In this document: in pieces, positions 18,867-28,018 of the stretch
Numbering within the stretch: position 1 is the first letter of the stretch
How the letters are laid out: each line of letters starts with the position of its first letter
NCBI GenBank assembly: GCA_944391315.1
Contig: CALXTD010000001.1
Coordinates: forward strand, 14,888-78,887
Length of the DNA: 64,000 nucleotides
Direction of reading: 5' to 3'
Source of the DNA: an uncultured Alphaproteobacteria bacterium
Lineage (GTDB): Bacteria; Pseudomonadota; Alphaproteobacteria; RF32; CAG-239
Position numbers and translations under genes: made by a program
Notes under the pieces: model-generated
What the model saw: the letters and a program-made list of their open reading frames with translations, nothing else
What the model was told of the DNA's origin: nothing
Database searches by the model: none

Positions 18867-19307
18867 ATGGTTGATGTAAAAGCTCCTGAAGGTGTTTTTG
18901 ACGGCAAAGTTTTTAAGTTTCCGGCACGGGTGTATTATGAAGATACGGATGCCGGTGGTGTGGTTTATTATGCCAATTATCTGAAATTTGCCGAGCGGGC
19001 ACGTACCGAATATATTCGTGCGCTTGGAATGTGTCAGCAACAGGCTTTGGAAGCAGAAGATAAGTGCGGTTTTATGGTTCGTTCTTTGACTGTGGACTAT
19101 AAAGCGCCGGCGGTACTTGATGATTTGTTGACCGTGACTTGTGAGATGGTAGAAGTTAGCGGGGCAAGAGCAGAGATGAAGCAAGAAGTTTTGTGCGGTG
19201 AAAAACTGCTTGCACTGATTTCGGTTAAGTTGGCTCATGTTTCTTTGTTGCGCAAACGTCCAGTTCGTATTCCGGAAGATTTGGTGCAAAAAATTGAGGC
19301 ATTGTGA
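18867..19307 (+). CDS. ybgC: Tol-Pal-associated acyl-CoA thioesterase YbgC (4HBT family)
   Basis: Hotdog-fold motif YYEDTDAGGVVYYANYLKFAERARTEY. Start taken at MVDVKA, directly after the ruvB stop. Confidence 0.8.
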   Translation: MVDVKAPEGVFDGKVFKFPARVYYEDTDAGGVVYYANYLKFAERARTEYIRALGMCQQQALEAEDKCGFMVRSLTVDYKAPAVLDDLLTVTCEMVEVSGARAEMKQEVLCGEKLLALISVKLAHVSLLRKRPVRIPEDLVQKIEAL

Positions 19308-19452
19308 AAAAAAGGTTTCAGTCATATTATCAAATATCTCGTCTTAGGCGGGATATTTTTTATATGAAATAAAGGTTTGACAAAAATATCTAACGGCTCT
19401 ATGCTGTTCGAACATTTTTATTATTTTATTCATTTATAATTTTTTATATATT

Positions 19453-20205
19453 ATGGTAAAGTATAGATCTATTCTTTCAGGTTTATGTACGGCAAGCACT
19501 GAGTTGTTCTCTTTGCACAAGAGTATGCCATCAAAAGTCAAAAAGACTCCCATGCTTTCGGCAGCGGATAAGGTTCAGCTTTTTGTTGATTCTTATTTGA
19601 GTGATTACTGCGCTTTTTATGATGTTGAACAAGGCGAGGTTCTTCAAATTGTGGTTCCGGCAAAAAGTTTGCAAAGTTATGTGATGGTTAATGAGGCGCG
19701 TGGCTTCCATGGTGTTGAGGTGTTGCGCTGTTGTCAGCAAGCAAAGCAAACAAATTTTGTGGGCGAGAGTTCGAATCGCGTTTTGCAGCATGGAAAGGTT
19801 GTGCGTTGGAAATATGCCGAAGTTTATTTAGTGCATAAGGCTTCTGACGGAACTTATGCTTTTGAAAAACTGTTTGCCAAAGATGAATGGCTTGACGGGG
19901 GCAAAGTTGCTGATGCTTTTAAGCGTGTGGCAATGTCTTCTAACCTTCATATTACGGGAAATGTTTTTCGTAGTGAGGTAAATCTTTTTAACTCGTTGCC
20001 GGCAATAAAAATTTCTGCTTGGTGTCAGGCTTTGGACAATGATTGTTTTTTGCTCTGTGATTTGAATAATGGGGCGATCCGTTGTTTGCCTTATGCAAAA
20101 GCGGCGTTTTCAGAATTTTCTGATTTGCGCCATATCCGTACCGGTGCCTTGTTTTTGCGCTTGGCATCTTTGGTTCCGGGAGAATACCGTTATGAAAGAA
20201 TTTGA
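19453..20205 (+). CDS. Hypothetical protein, paralog 1 of a three-member tandem family
   Basis: 250 aa; shares EKLFAKDEWLDGGKVADAFKRVA and C-terminal LLCDLNNGAIRCLP motifs with the next two ORFs. Confidence 0.55.
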   Translation: MVKYRSILSGLCTASTELFSLHKSMPSKVKKTPMLSAADKVQLFVDSYLSDYCAFYDVEQGEVLQIVVPAKSLQSYVMVNEARGFHGVEVLRCCQQAKQTNFVGESSNRVLQHGKVVRWKYAEVYLVHKASDGTYAFEKLFAKDEWLDGGKVADAFKRVAMSSNLHITGNVFRSEVNLFNSLPAIKISAWCQALDNDCFLLCDLNNGAIRCLPYAKAAFSEFSDLRHIRTGALFLRLASLVPGEYRYERI

Positions 20206-20213
20206 CTGATTGA

Positions 20214-20237
20214 GCCGGCTTTGTGCCGGCTTTTTTG
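20214..20237 (+). terminator. Intrinsic terminator
   Basis: gccggc-tttgt-gccggc followed by tttttt. Confidence 0.55.
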
Positions 20238-20351
20238 TGCTTGAAAAATCAATATTTTTGAAAATTTTGGAAAATTTTTCATTTTAGGGCTTGATATGTT
20301 TTTCATTTTATGATATAGCCTTTAATGAAAACTTATTAATTTATATATATT

Positions 20352-21068
20352 ATGAAATTAGATATATCATTTGGTCAGCAGCTGACCATAGATTATGGCA
20401 CAAAAAGAGGCCACGGCCCTCATCCTGCGTTTAAAAATTTTACAGATAAAATCCGTAAAATGCTAAAAACGCGAAGCTTTCAAGACTTCTGCAAGGCGCA
20501 GGGGGTGAAGAGCGGAAGCCTTTTGCAAATAACGATAGGGCATGAAAATATCCCCTATAAGTTAAATGATTTCGGTGACTATTTAGAAGGTTACCGAATC
20601 GTGAAGGAGGGTGAAGACAAGCAGTTTTTGTTCAAGCGCGGCAAATGCATTGAGCGTCCTCGTTTTGGTGAACTGATCATTTGTCATTCTGAGATGTTTT
20701 ATGTATGGTATGTTAACAAAGCATGGCATGCAGAAAAACTTTTGGGTGATGATGAATGGCTTGATAGAACTAAGGTTGCGGCTGCGTTTTTGAAGCTGGC
20801 CGAGGAACGTAACTATGCCGTTGGTGCGGTTGAGCTTTATTATGATGAAACTAAAAAACGCGCTTGCTGGAAGGCCGATGCAGTTGGCATAGAAAACAAA
20901 GAGCAACGCGAATTGATTTGCTGCTTTGACGGCGGAACGTTGAAAGACCTTCCTGCCGGAAGCTTAAAAGCTGAACCGAAGGATATTGGTGTTGGTCGGT
21001 ATTTGAAGACTAAATTTAACCACTTTATTTATAGAGGAAGTGGAAAATTTGGTCGAGTTACCGATTAA
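20352..21068 (+). CDS. Hypothetical protein, paralog 2
   Basis: 238 aa; EKLLGDDEWLDRTKVAAAFLKLA and LICCFDGGTLKDLP motifs. Confidence 0.55.
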   Translation: MKLDISFGQQLTIDYGTKRGHGPHPAFKNFTDKIRKMLKTRSFQDFCKAQGVKSGSLLQITIGHENIPYKLNDFGDYLEGYRIVKEGEDKQFLFKRGKCIERPRFGELIICHSEMFYVWYVNKAWHAEKLLGDDEWLDRTKVAAAFLKLAEERNYAVGAVELYYDETKKRACWKADAVGIENKEQRELICCFDGGTLKDLPAGSLKAEPKDIGVGRYLKTKFNHFIYRGSGKFGRVTD

Positions 21069-21078
21069 ACTTAATGAA

Positions 21079-21111
21079 AGTGTCGCAACTTTTGTTGCGG
21101 CACTTTTTTTC
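21079..21111 (+). terminator. Intrinsic terminator
   Basis: gtgtcgcaac-tttt-gttgcggcac followed by a T-run. Confidence 0.55.
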
Positions 21112-21131
21112 GATTTAAATAAACTTTTTGT

Positions 21132-21160
21132 TTGACAAAATTTCGTCAATATGGTATATC
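21132..21160 (+). promoter_or_regulatory. Sigma70-like promoter candidate (TTGACA-N17-TATATC) for paralog 3
   Basis: Exact TTGACA hexamer, a 17-bp spacer and a TATAtc hexamer, 40 bp upstream of the 21201 ATG. Confidence 0.3.
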
Positions 21161-21200
21161 CTTATTTGAAATAAATTTATTATTAAAAAAATATTATTTT

Positions 21201-21986
21201 ATGGAAGCAAAAATTAAAATCAATGGAGTGACACGCGTTATTGGTACTGAAAAACTCAGCTGTGGTGCAAATTCATACTATCGCTCGCCTAGTGAGAGTT
21301 ATGATGAAAAAGTCGAACGGTTTTTTAAGCATTCTGAATATGTCAATTTTGCTATGGAAAACCTCGGACTGTCGGACGGAGATACCGTTCAGCTTCAGAA
21401 GCCAACAAGGCATAATGAAGCCATAGTTGATTGTGGTCCTTTTGGCAAAAAAGCCAATGAGCATATTTATCTGGAAAATGTGCTGATTGTTTCGGGGGAT
21501 GCCAATGGTTGTTATAATTATGTGGCGACTTTGGAACAGTCTAAAAACAGCGGACAATACCAGAAAAAAGCGCGACGCGTGCACGAATCGGCTACTTATT
21601 TGGTTCAGAGAAAATATGCAGGCTATAGGCTAGAAAAACTTCTCGACAACTTGGATTGGCTTGATGTGGTAAAGTCAGAGAAAGCTATGATGCGTTTAGC
21701 TAAAATACATGGCTATAAGTCTGAGGAGCCCACAGAAATAAGAAGCTGCAAAATCCGAACTGAAAAGTTTTCGCTCGATTTGAAAATTGCTCGAGTTAAG
21801 AAAGTTAAGTCTTTCTTTGGAAAGGTTAGAATCGTGGTTCTTTCTCTGAATTCCGGCAAAATTTGGTTGTTGCCGGCTGATCAAGTTGAACTTGGGGAAG
21901 ATGTATCGCAAAAGAAATGCATCATGACCCAGTTCGTGTGGCTCAGACAGGTAGGAACCAGCGGAAATTTCTACATCTCCGAGTAA
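21201..21986 (+). CDS. Hypothetical protein, paralog 3 (start chosen at MEAKIKING; the longer track ORF would overlap the promoter-like site)
   Basis: LEKLLDNLDWLDVVKSEKAMMRLA and VVLSLNSGKIWLLP motifs. Confidence 0.5.
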   Translation: MEAKIKINGVTRVIGTEKLSCGANSYYRSPSESYDEKVERFFKHSEYVNFAMENLGLSDGDTVQLQKPTRHNEAIVDCGPFGKKANEHIYLENVLIVSGDANGCYNYVATLEQSKNSGQYQKKARRVHESATYLVQRKYAGYRLEKLLDNLDWLDVVKSEKAMMRLAKIHGYKSEEPTEIRSCKIRTEKFSLDLKIARVKKVKSFFGKVRIVVLSLNSGKIWLLPADQVELGEDVSQKKCIMTQFVWLRQVGTSGNFYISE

Positions 21987-21992
21987 AAAATT

Positions 21993-22017
21993 GGCTGCCT
22001 TCGGGCGGCCTTTTTTG
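21993..22017 (+). terminator. Intrinsic terminator
   Basis: ggctgcc-ttcg-ggcggcc followed by tttttt. Confidence 0.5.
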
Positions 22018-22145
22018 TTTCTGGTTAAAAAAATTTTTCTTAGATTGCTTTTTATGGTTGAAAAAATTTTTTTTATTGCTAAGTTATCTCTTGTATTAGT
22101 TGTTTAACAATTAAGATTTACAAAAAACCATATGGAGTAATTAAT

Positions 22146-22613
22146 ATGAAAAAACTTTTGAGTTTGTTCTGCGCTTTCGCTTTCTTAACAGGTTGTTCCG
22201 CTTTTGATTCTAACGGCGGTCTGTTTGGCGGTGCTGAGTGCGAATCTAGAGAAGCTCGTGACTTCATGGCTCATGCTGAAGATAGAGTTTTCTTTGCTTT
22301 CGATAGCTCTGCTTTGTCTGACAATGCTGTTGAGATTTTGCAAACACAGGTTGATTGGTTGAAAGCTAACGAAAATGTTGACGTTATCGTTCAAGGTTAC
22401 TGCGATGAAAGAGGTACCAGAGAGTACAACTTGGCCTTGGGTGAACGTCGTGCAAATGCCGTTAAACAATACCTGATTTCTCAAGGTGTTGCTGCTGACA
22501 GAATTTCTACAATCTCTTACGGTAAAGAAAGACCGGCTGTTCTCGGTAACAACGAAACCGCTTGGGCTCAGAACCGTCGTGCTGTAACTGTTGTTAAGGC
22601 TTCTGCTGAATAA
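22146..22613 (+). CDS. pal: Peptidoglycan-associated lipoprotein Pal (OmpA-like domain)
   Basis: Lipobox LTGCS; OmpA-like motif GYCDERGTREYNLALGERRANAV. Confidence 0.9.
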   Translation: MKKLLSLFCAFAFLTGCSAFDSNGGLFGGAECESREARDFMAHAEDRVFFAFDSSALSDNAVEILQTQVDWLKANENVDVIVQGYCDERGTREYNLALGERRANAVKQYLISQGVAADRISTISYGKERPAVLGNNETAWAQNRRAVTVVKASAE

Positions 22614-22771
22614 TTACAGTCAGATTGTATTCTGGTTTGAAAAAAGTGTTCGCTTATCGGGCGAGCACTTTTTTTCTGTTCAGAGGCTGAAAAATAAGGC
22701 TTGAGATTGAAGGAAAATTGCTTTACTCTAGGCTGTGAATTTGAAATTTTTTTCGTATTGGGAGCTTTGTG

Positions 22772-23644
22772 ATGAAAAATTGGAAACTGTCGTTGGTTGT
22801 TTTGTCTTGTGCGGTTATGCCACTGGCTGCTTGGGCTCAGACAGGGCTTGAGGCTGATGTGCGGCAGTTGCGCGATGATTTGCGTGTGTTGCAAAATCAA
22901 ATTTATCGTGGGCAGATAGATGGTGATCCGACGGCAAATTCCGGTACTGTACAACAGCGCCTTAGCCAGATGGAAGAGACCGTGCGCCAGATTTCAGGAC
23001 GTATGGATGAGTTAGAGCATCAGTTTAAGCAAGTTGATGAGCGCTTTAAGGTGCTTAATCAGGATATTGATGTGCGCTTTAAGCTTCTGGAAGGAAAAAA
23101 GATTGATGCCAAAGGTTTGGGTACTGAAGCTAAGGGAAAAAAGTTTGACGCGCCAGTTGCTGCGAATCCGGCAAAGTCTTTGTCCGGTGATTCTGTCAGC
23201 GGTGAAGAGCTTGCTCCTTTAGAATTGCCTAAGAAAGAGGCTCCGAAACCAGTTGCCAAGCTCTCGGTTGATGAGCTGTATAAAAAAGCGATGGATGCTT
23301 ATAATGCCTCTGATTATGCCGCAGCAGAAGCTTCGTTTAATCTTATTCTGAAAGATTATCCGAAAGAGAAATTAGCCGGTAATGCTCAGTATTGGCTGGG
23401 TGAAGTTTCTTATCAGCGCAAAGATTATGCTAAGGCTGCCGTTGCTTTTGGTAAGGCTTATAAAGACTATAAAGACGGAAACAAAGGTGCTGACAGCCTT
23501 TATAAGCTCGGAATGTCGATGCAACAGCTTGATAAAAAAGCTGAGGCTTGTGCGGCTTATCAATCTTTGCCAACAGAGTTTCCGAAAGCTGATAAGGCTT
23601 TGTTGTCTAAAGCTGCCGCTGCTGCGAAAAAACTTTGCAAGTAA
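22772..23644 (+). CDS. cpoB: Tol-Pal system protein CpoB/YbgF (coiled-coil plus TPR)
   Basis: Signal peptide, long coiled coil, C-terminal TPR (YWLGEVSYQRKDYAKAAVAFGKAYKDY); lies directly after pal. Confidence 0.8.
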   Translation: MKNWKLSLVVLSCAVMPLAAWAQTGLEADVRQLRDDLRVLQNQIYRGQIDGDPTANSGTVQQRLSQMEETVRQISGRMDELEHQFKQVDERFKVLNQDIDVRFKLLEGKKIDAKGLGTEAKGKKFDAPVAANPAKSLSGDSVSGEELAPLELPKKEAPKPVAKLSVDELYKKAMDAYNASDYAAAEASFNLILKDYPKEKLAGNAQYWLGEVSYQRKDYAKAAVAFGKAYKDYKDGNKGADSLYKLGMSMQQLDKKAEACAAYQSLPTEFPKADKALLSKAAAAAKKLCK

Positions 23645-23668
23645 TTGCGCAGTTGTTTGAGGCTGTTA

Positions 23669-24751
23669 ATGGAAAAATTTTTTGCTGCGAATCCGATTGT
23701 TGGTGATGTTATTGCCGCCGGTGTTTCCGGCGGTGCCGATTCATTGGCACTGGTATTGCGGCTTAATGACTGGGCAAAGAAAAACGGTAAAAAAGTTGTG
23801 GCGTTGACGGTTGATCATAAGCTGCGTTCCGAATCGGGCGATGAGGCAGCTTATGTGGCGCAACTGATGAAGCAATTTGGAATCGAGCATCATATTCTAA
23901 CTTGGGAAGGCGAAAAGCCGACCTCGGGAATCGAAGAAGCGGCGCGTTTGGCTCGTTATCGTTTGATTGCTGATTGGTGTCAGAAAACCGGTGTTAAGGT
24001 TTATGCAACCGGACATCATATGCGCGATCAGGCGGAGACCTTTTTGCTGCGGTTGGCTCGTGGAAGCGGGGTTTCAGGTTTGAGTGGTATTTTGCCTTGC
24101 AGCGAGATGGCGGGCTTGAAAATTATTCGGCCGCAGCTTGGTGATGCTCCCGAAGAACTTAAAGCTTATTTGAAGGAAAAAAATGTGCAATGGGTGGAAG
24201 ACCCTTCTAATCAAAATGATGATTTTTTACGTGTGAAAATTCGTAAGTTTTTGCCCCTTCTGGAAACAGAGGTCGGAATTTCGGTTCGGCGCTTGGCTGA
24301 TACCTGTGGTGTTTTGGCGCGGACCAGAAGCTTTGTTGACAGCGAAGTTTCAAAGCTGTTTTCAAATAATGTTAAAAAATGGGCAAAAGTTGGGGCTTCT
24401 TTGCCGTTGTCCTTTTTTGCATCGCTTCATGAAGAAATGCAGTATCGGCTGTTGGCTTTGATGATTAAAACCATTGGGCAAAATATCTATACTCCAGAAG
24501 CAAAAGAGGTCTTGAATATTGTTGAGAGTTTACTCTCTTCTGCTCCAAAGGGGCGGACACTCGGCGGATGTGAAATCTTTGTGTTTCAAAAATGCTTGTG
24601 GGTAGTGGCCGAACGCGCCTCTGCTCAAGTGCTTTCAAAAAAAGTTTGGGAGGATTTTGTTAAAGATAATCCTCGTTTTGAAAAAGTGTCGTTGCCCTAT
24701 AAATTGCGGGCGGCGCTTGTCTTGGGCGGAAAAGGGGAAAATGCCTCTTGA
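23669..24751 (+). CDS. tilS: tRNA(Ile)-lysidine synthetase
   Basis: PP-loop AGVSGGADSLAL; start moved to the ATG after RBS gagg, because the track ORF overlaps the cpoB stop. Confidence 0.85.
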   Translation: MEKFFAANPIVGDVIAAGVSGGADSLALVLRLNDWAKKNGKKVVALTVDHKLRSESGDEAAYVAQLMKQFGIEHHILTWEGEKPTSGIEEAARLARYRLIADWCQKTGVKVYATGHHMRDQAETFLLRLARGSGVSGLSGILPCSEMAGLKIIRPQLGDAPEELKAYLKEKNVQWVEDPSNQNDDFLRVKIRKFLPLLETEVGISVRRLADTCGVLARTRSFVDSEVSKLFSNNVKKWAKVGASLPLSFFASLHEEMQYRLLALMIKTIGQNIYTPEAKEVLNIVESLLSSAPKGRTLGGCEIFVFQKCLWVVAERASAQVLSKKVWEDFVKDNPRFEKVSLPYKLRAALVLGGKGENAS

Positions 24752-24811
24752 GTTTTTGACTCTTTCTCCCTATATTTAATAGTTGCTTGATTATTTTGAT
24801 AAGGAAACTCA

Positions 24812-26674
24812 ATGAAACAGTTTAAGTCTATGGCGGTGTGGCTTGCCGCGTTGGTTATCTTGTCCGTGCTGATGAATGGTGCAGGGCCTTCTTATCAGGG
24901 AAAAGGGCAGTCGCTCGCTTTTTCTGATTTTATGAATATGGCGGAAAATAAAAAAGTCAGCAGCGTGGTGATTGAGGGGGCGCAAATTACCGGCGTTTTG
25001 AGTGATGGCAGCGCATTTAATTCTTATTCTCCCTATGATCCGAGCATGGTTGAAACCTTGCGCAAAAATGGAGTGAAGGTTGAGGCTCGGCCGCTGGATA
25101 CGTCTTCTTCAACTTTTTGGAATGTATTTATTTCTTGGTTTCCGATGATTTTGTTGGTCGGCGTGTGGATTTATTTCATGCGGCAGGCAAACTCCGGCAA
25201 TAATAAGGCCATGAGTTTTGGAAAGTCGCGCGCTCGTCTGATTGAAAACAACAAAAAAGTAACCTTTGCCGATGTGGCCGGTTGTGACGAATCGAAGCAA
25301 GAGCTCGAAGAGATTATCGATTTCTTGAAAGATCCGGCTAAGTTTCAACGTTTGGGCGGAAAAATTCCGAAGGGCGTTTTGCTTGTCGGCCCTCCGGGAA
25401 CAGGTAAAACCTTGTTGGCCAAAGCGGTGGCCGGTGAGGCTAATGTGCCGTTCTTCTCAATTTCTGGTTCGGACTTTGTGGAGATGTTTGTCGGTGTCGG
25501 TGCGTCACGCGTGCGTGATATGTTTGCTCAGGCTAAGAAAAATGCTCCTTGCTTGTTGTTCATTGATGAAATTGATGCGGTAGGGCGTCATCGCGGTGCC
25601 GGTCTTGGCGGCGGTAATGATGAGCGCGAGCAGACCTTAAACCAGCTTCTTGTCGAAATGGATGGTTTTGATGCTAATGAAAATGTGATTTTGATTGCAG
25701 CAACCAACCGTCCCGATGTTTTGGACCCGGCTTTGCTGCGTCCGGGGCGTTTTGACCGTCAGGTTACGGTGGCTAATCCTGATGTTAAAGGGCGTGAGGA
25801 GATTTTGAAAGTTCATGTGCGCAAAGTTCCTTTGGCAAAAGATGTGAATTTGTCGGTTATTGCTCGCGGAACGCCGGGGTTCTCCGGTGCCGATTTGGCA
25901 AACCTTGTGAATGAAGCAGCCTTGCTGGCGGCGCGCAAAAACAAGCGCAAAGTTACCTCAAAAGACTTTGATGATGCGAAAGACAAAGTCCTTATGGGGA
26001 ATGAGCGTAAGTCGATGGCAATGGATGAAAAAGAGAAAAAACTCACCGCTTATCATGAGGCCGGACACGCAATTTGCGGTCTGTTTACCGAAGGGGCTGA
26101 CCCTATTCACAAAGCAACGATTATTCCGCGCGGTCGGGCGCTGGGTATGGTGCAATATCTGCCGGAAAAAGATCGTTATTCCTTCTCTCGGCAGCAGATG
26201 TTGGCGCGCCTTGTTTCGGTTATGGGGGGACGTGCGGCCGAAGAGCTTAAGTTCGGGCATTCGGAAGTAACCTCCGGTGCGTCTTCTGATATCGCTGCGG
26301 CAACAAATCTTGCGCGTTCCATGGTGACCGAATGGGGAATGAGCGATAAGCTTGGTCCGGTTCTTTATGCTGAAAATTCCGGTGAAGTCTTTTTAGGCAA
26401 GTCGGTTACGCAGAACAAAAATATGAGTGAAGATACCGCGCGTCTTGTTGATGCAGAAATCAAGTCCTTAGTGCTTGATGCGCACGACAAAGCCGTCTCT
26501 CTTTTGAAAGAGAAAAACACCGAGTGGGAGCGTTTGGCACAAGCCCTCATTGAGTATGAAACCCTTACCGGCGAAGACATTGACAAGGTCATCAAAGGTG
26601 AGCCGATTGACATCACTCATGATGCGCCGGTGGCGGAGGAGAAGAGGACGCAGGCGTCTGTCCCTGAGCTATAA
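24812..26674 (+). CDS. ftsH: ATP-dependent zinc metalloprotease FtsH
   Basis: Two N-terminal TM segments, AAA Walker A GPPGTGKT, second region of homology, HEAGHA zinc motif. Confidence 0.95.
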   Translation: MKQFKSMAVWLAALVILSVLMNGAGPSYQGKGQSLAFSDFMNMAENKKVSSVVIEGAQITGVLSDGSAFNSYSPYDPSMVETLRKNGVKVEARPLDTSSSTFWNVFISWFPMILLVGVWIYFMRQANSGNNKAMSFGKSRARLIENNKKVTFADVAGCDESKQELEEIIDFLKDPAKFQRLGGKIPKGVLLVGPPGTGKTLLAKAVAGEANVPFFSISGSDFVEMFVGVGASRVRDMFAQAKKNAPCLLFIDEIDAVGRHRGAGLGGGNDEREQTLNQLLVEMDGFDANENVILIAATNRPDVLDPALLRPGRFDRQVTVANPDVKGREEILKVHVRKVPLAKDVNLSVIARGTPGFSGADLANLVNEAALLAARKNKRKVTSKDFDDAKDKVLMGNERKSMAMDEKEKKLTAYHEAGHAICGLFTEGADPIHKATIIPRGRALGMVQYLPEKDRYSFSRQQMLARLVSVMGGRAAEELKFGHSEVTSGASSDIAAATNLARSMVTEWGMSDKLGPVLYAENSGEVFLGKSVTQNKNMSEDTARLVDAEIKSLVLDAHDKAVSLLKEKNTEWERLAQALIEYETLTGEDIDKVIKGEPIDITHDAPVAEEKRTQASVPEL

Positions 26675-26683
26675 AAAAAGTTC

Positions 26684-26978
26684 GTATAATGGTCGACTAA
26701 TACAGATTTTGCGGATAGGAAAAATGCTCATGTACTACTGTGTACACTGCGCTTTTTCCTTCCTTAAATCTTATTATTCGACTCATTCTCCAAACTTTTT
26801 GAAAACTGTGTATAACAGCACATCTAGAGGCATTTTACTAAAAGCTCGTATAACGGGCAACTAATACAGATTTTGCGGGTCTCCGACATCCTCACGTACT
26901 GCTCTGTACGCTGCGGTGTCGTCGCCCTTAAATCTTATTATTTGCCGCGTTCTACGAGCTTTTACAAAGCGCGTGCAA
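26684..26978. repeat. Structured intergenic repeat element, locus B (two tandem units)
   Basis: gtataa.gg.c.actaatacagattttgcgg ... cttaaatcttattatt.g occurs twice, with one gtgtataacagcacatctagaggcatttta block; homologous to 1124-1286. Confidence 0.6.
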
Positions 26979-27017
26979 TGGGTAACTTATAGAAAATTTA
27001 TTTTGTCTAAATTTGGG

Positions 27018-27046
27018 TTGACATTTTGAGAGAGGTTTGTTATTTT
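27018..27046 (+). promoter_or_regulatory. Sigma70-like promoter candidate (TTGACA-N17-TATTTT)
   Basis: Hexamers and spacing read directly; lies 40 bp upstream of the 27088 ATG. Confidence 0.3.
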
Positions 27047-27087
27047 TTGCTTGTTCATCTTATTATTAATTTAAACATTATAAATTT

Positions 27088-27873
27088 ATGAAAAAAAATT
27101 ATTATTTTGTAATAGGTCAAAAAGATCTTGATGTGGTGGAAGCCATTAAGCTTTTAGAGGCTTATCATTTGCCGTATCGCTGTTTGGAAACGCCTTATAT
27201 CTTTACGAAAACCGAAGAAAATGAGCTTAAGCAAAAAGGTTATGAGCCTTATTATGTTCATGTGTCGTATCGTTCTTTTCCGGATGAAGAGGAAAAGTTT
27301 GACAGTTCCTTCCTTTATCGGTTAATCGGTTTGTTGAATAAAACCATTTCGGATTGGCAACGCGATGTGATGACTTATTGCGAGAGGCCTTTTGAAAAAG
27401 AGTGGTCAAATCGTCTAAGGGGCTTTGTGATACGTGGTTGTTCGCGTTCGTATATTGAAAAATTGCAAGCTGAAAATCGGAAAGCTTTGGGTTTTGATGA
27501 CAAGGCAGAAGAAATGGCTATTCAAGCTGTGGACGAGGCGATGAAGCGTTTTTCATCAAATCGAGATTATTTGATTGTTCACTGGGATTATAAGCCCCAG
27601 AGTTCGGAATTTGAAGCTTTTTTGCCGGTGTTAGACCGAGTTTTCTGGTTGCAGAATTTTGTAAACGTTCTGATTGTAACGTCTGAATGTGCTTTGTATT
27701 ACGGCTATCGGAATATTGCTTGGGATATGGTTACTTTTGGCACGGCGACGGCCTGCGTTACGGATAATATGACGGATTTTCTTTATTCGATTGCTCATCA
27801 TCGAATGGAAGATGCCGAAAAGTTCTTGAAAACTAAAACAGCCGAACTTCGCAACCTCGGTCTTTTGTGGTAA
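27088..27873 (+). CDS. Hypothetical protein (orphan cassette)
   Basis: 261-aa ORF with its own promoter-like site and terminator; no recognisable motifs. Confidence 0.55.
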   Translation: MKKNYYFVIGQKDLDVVEAIKLLEAYHLPYRCLETPYIFTKTEENELKQKGYEPYYVHVSYRSFPDEEEKFDSSFLYRLIGLLNKTISDWQRDVMTYCERPFEKEWSNRLRGFVIRGCSRSYIEKLQAENRKALGFDDKAEEMAIQAVDEAMKRFSSNRDYLIVHWDYKPQSSEFEAFLPVLDRVFWLQNFVNVLIVTSECALYYGYRNIAWDMVTFGTATACVTDNMTDFLYSIAHHRMEDAEKFLKTKTAELRNLGLLW

Positions 27874-27879
27874 AACCTT

Positions 27880-27910
27880 AGGAGAAAGGAAAATTCCTTT
27901 CTCCTTTTTT
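27880..27910 (+). terminator. Intrinsic terminator
   Basis: aggagaaagg-aaaatt-cctttctcct followed by tttttt. Confidence 0.55.
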
Positions 27911-28018
27911 GTTACAATCTTTAATATCTTGTTTTCGGAATAAACGCAGAAAGGGCTTGTCGATCGGGTTTTTTGTGTTTATGATGTTGCTATATTTTTT
28001 ATTAAAGTGAGGGTTTTT

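Noticed and set aside
18843-19325. 160-aa minus-strand ORF
   Set aside because: Antisense to ybgC, so a shadow ORF.
21132-21200. N-terminal extension of paralog 3 in the ORF track
   Set aside because: It coincides with a TTGACA-N17-TATATC promoter-like site. The internal ATG at 21201 sits in the same sequence context (atatt/attttATG) as the starts of paralogs 1 and 2.
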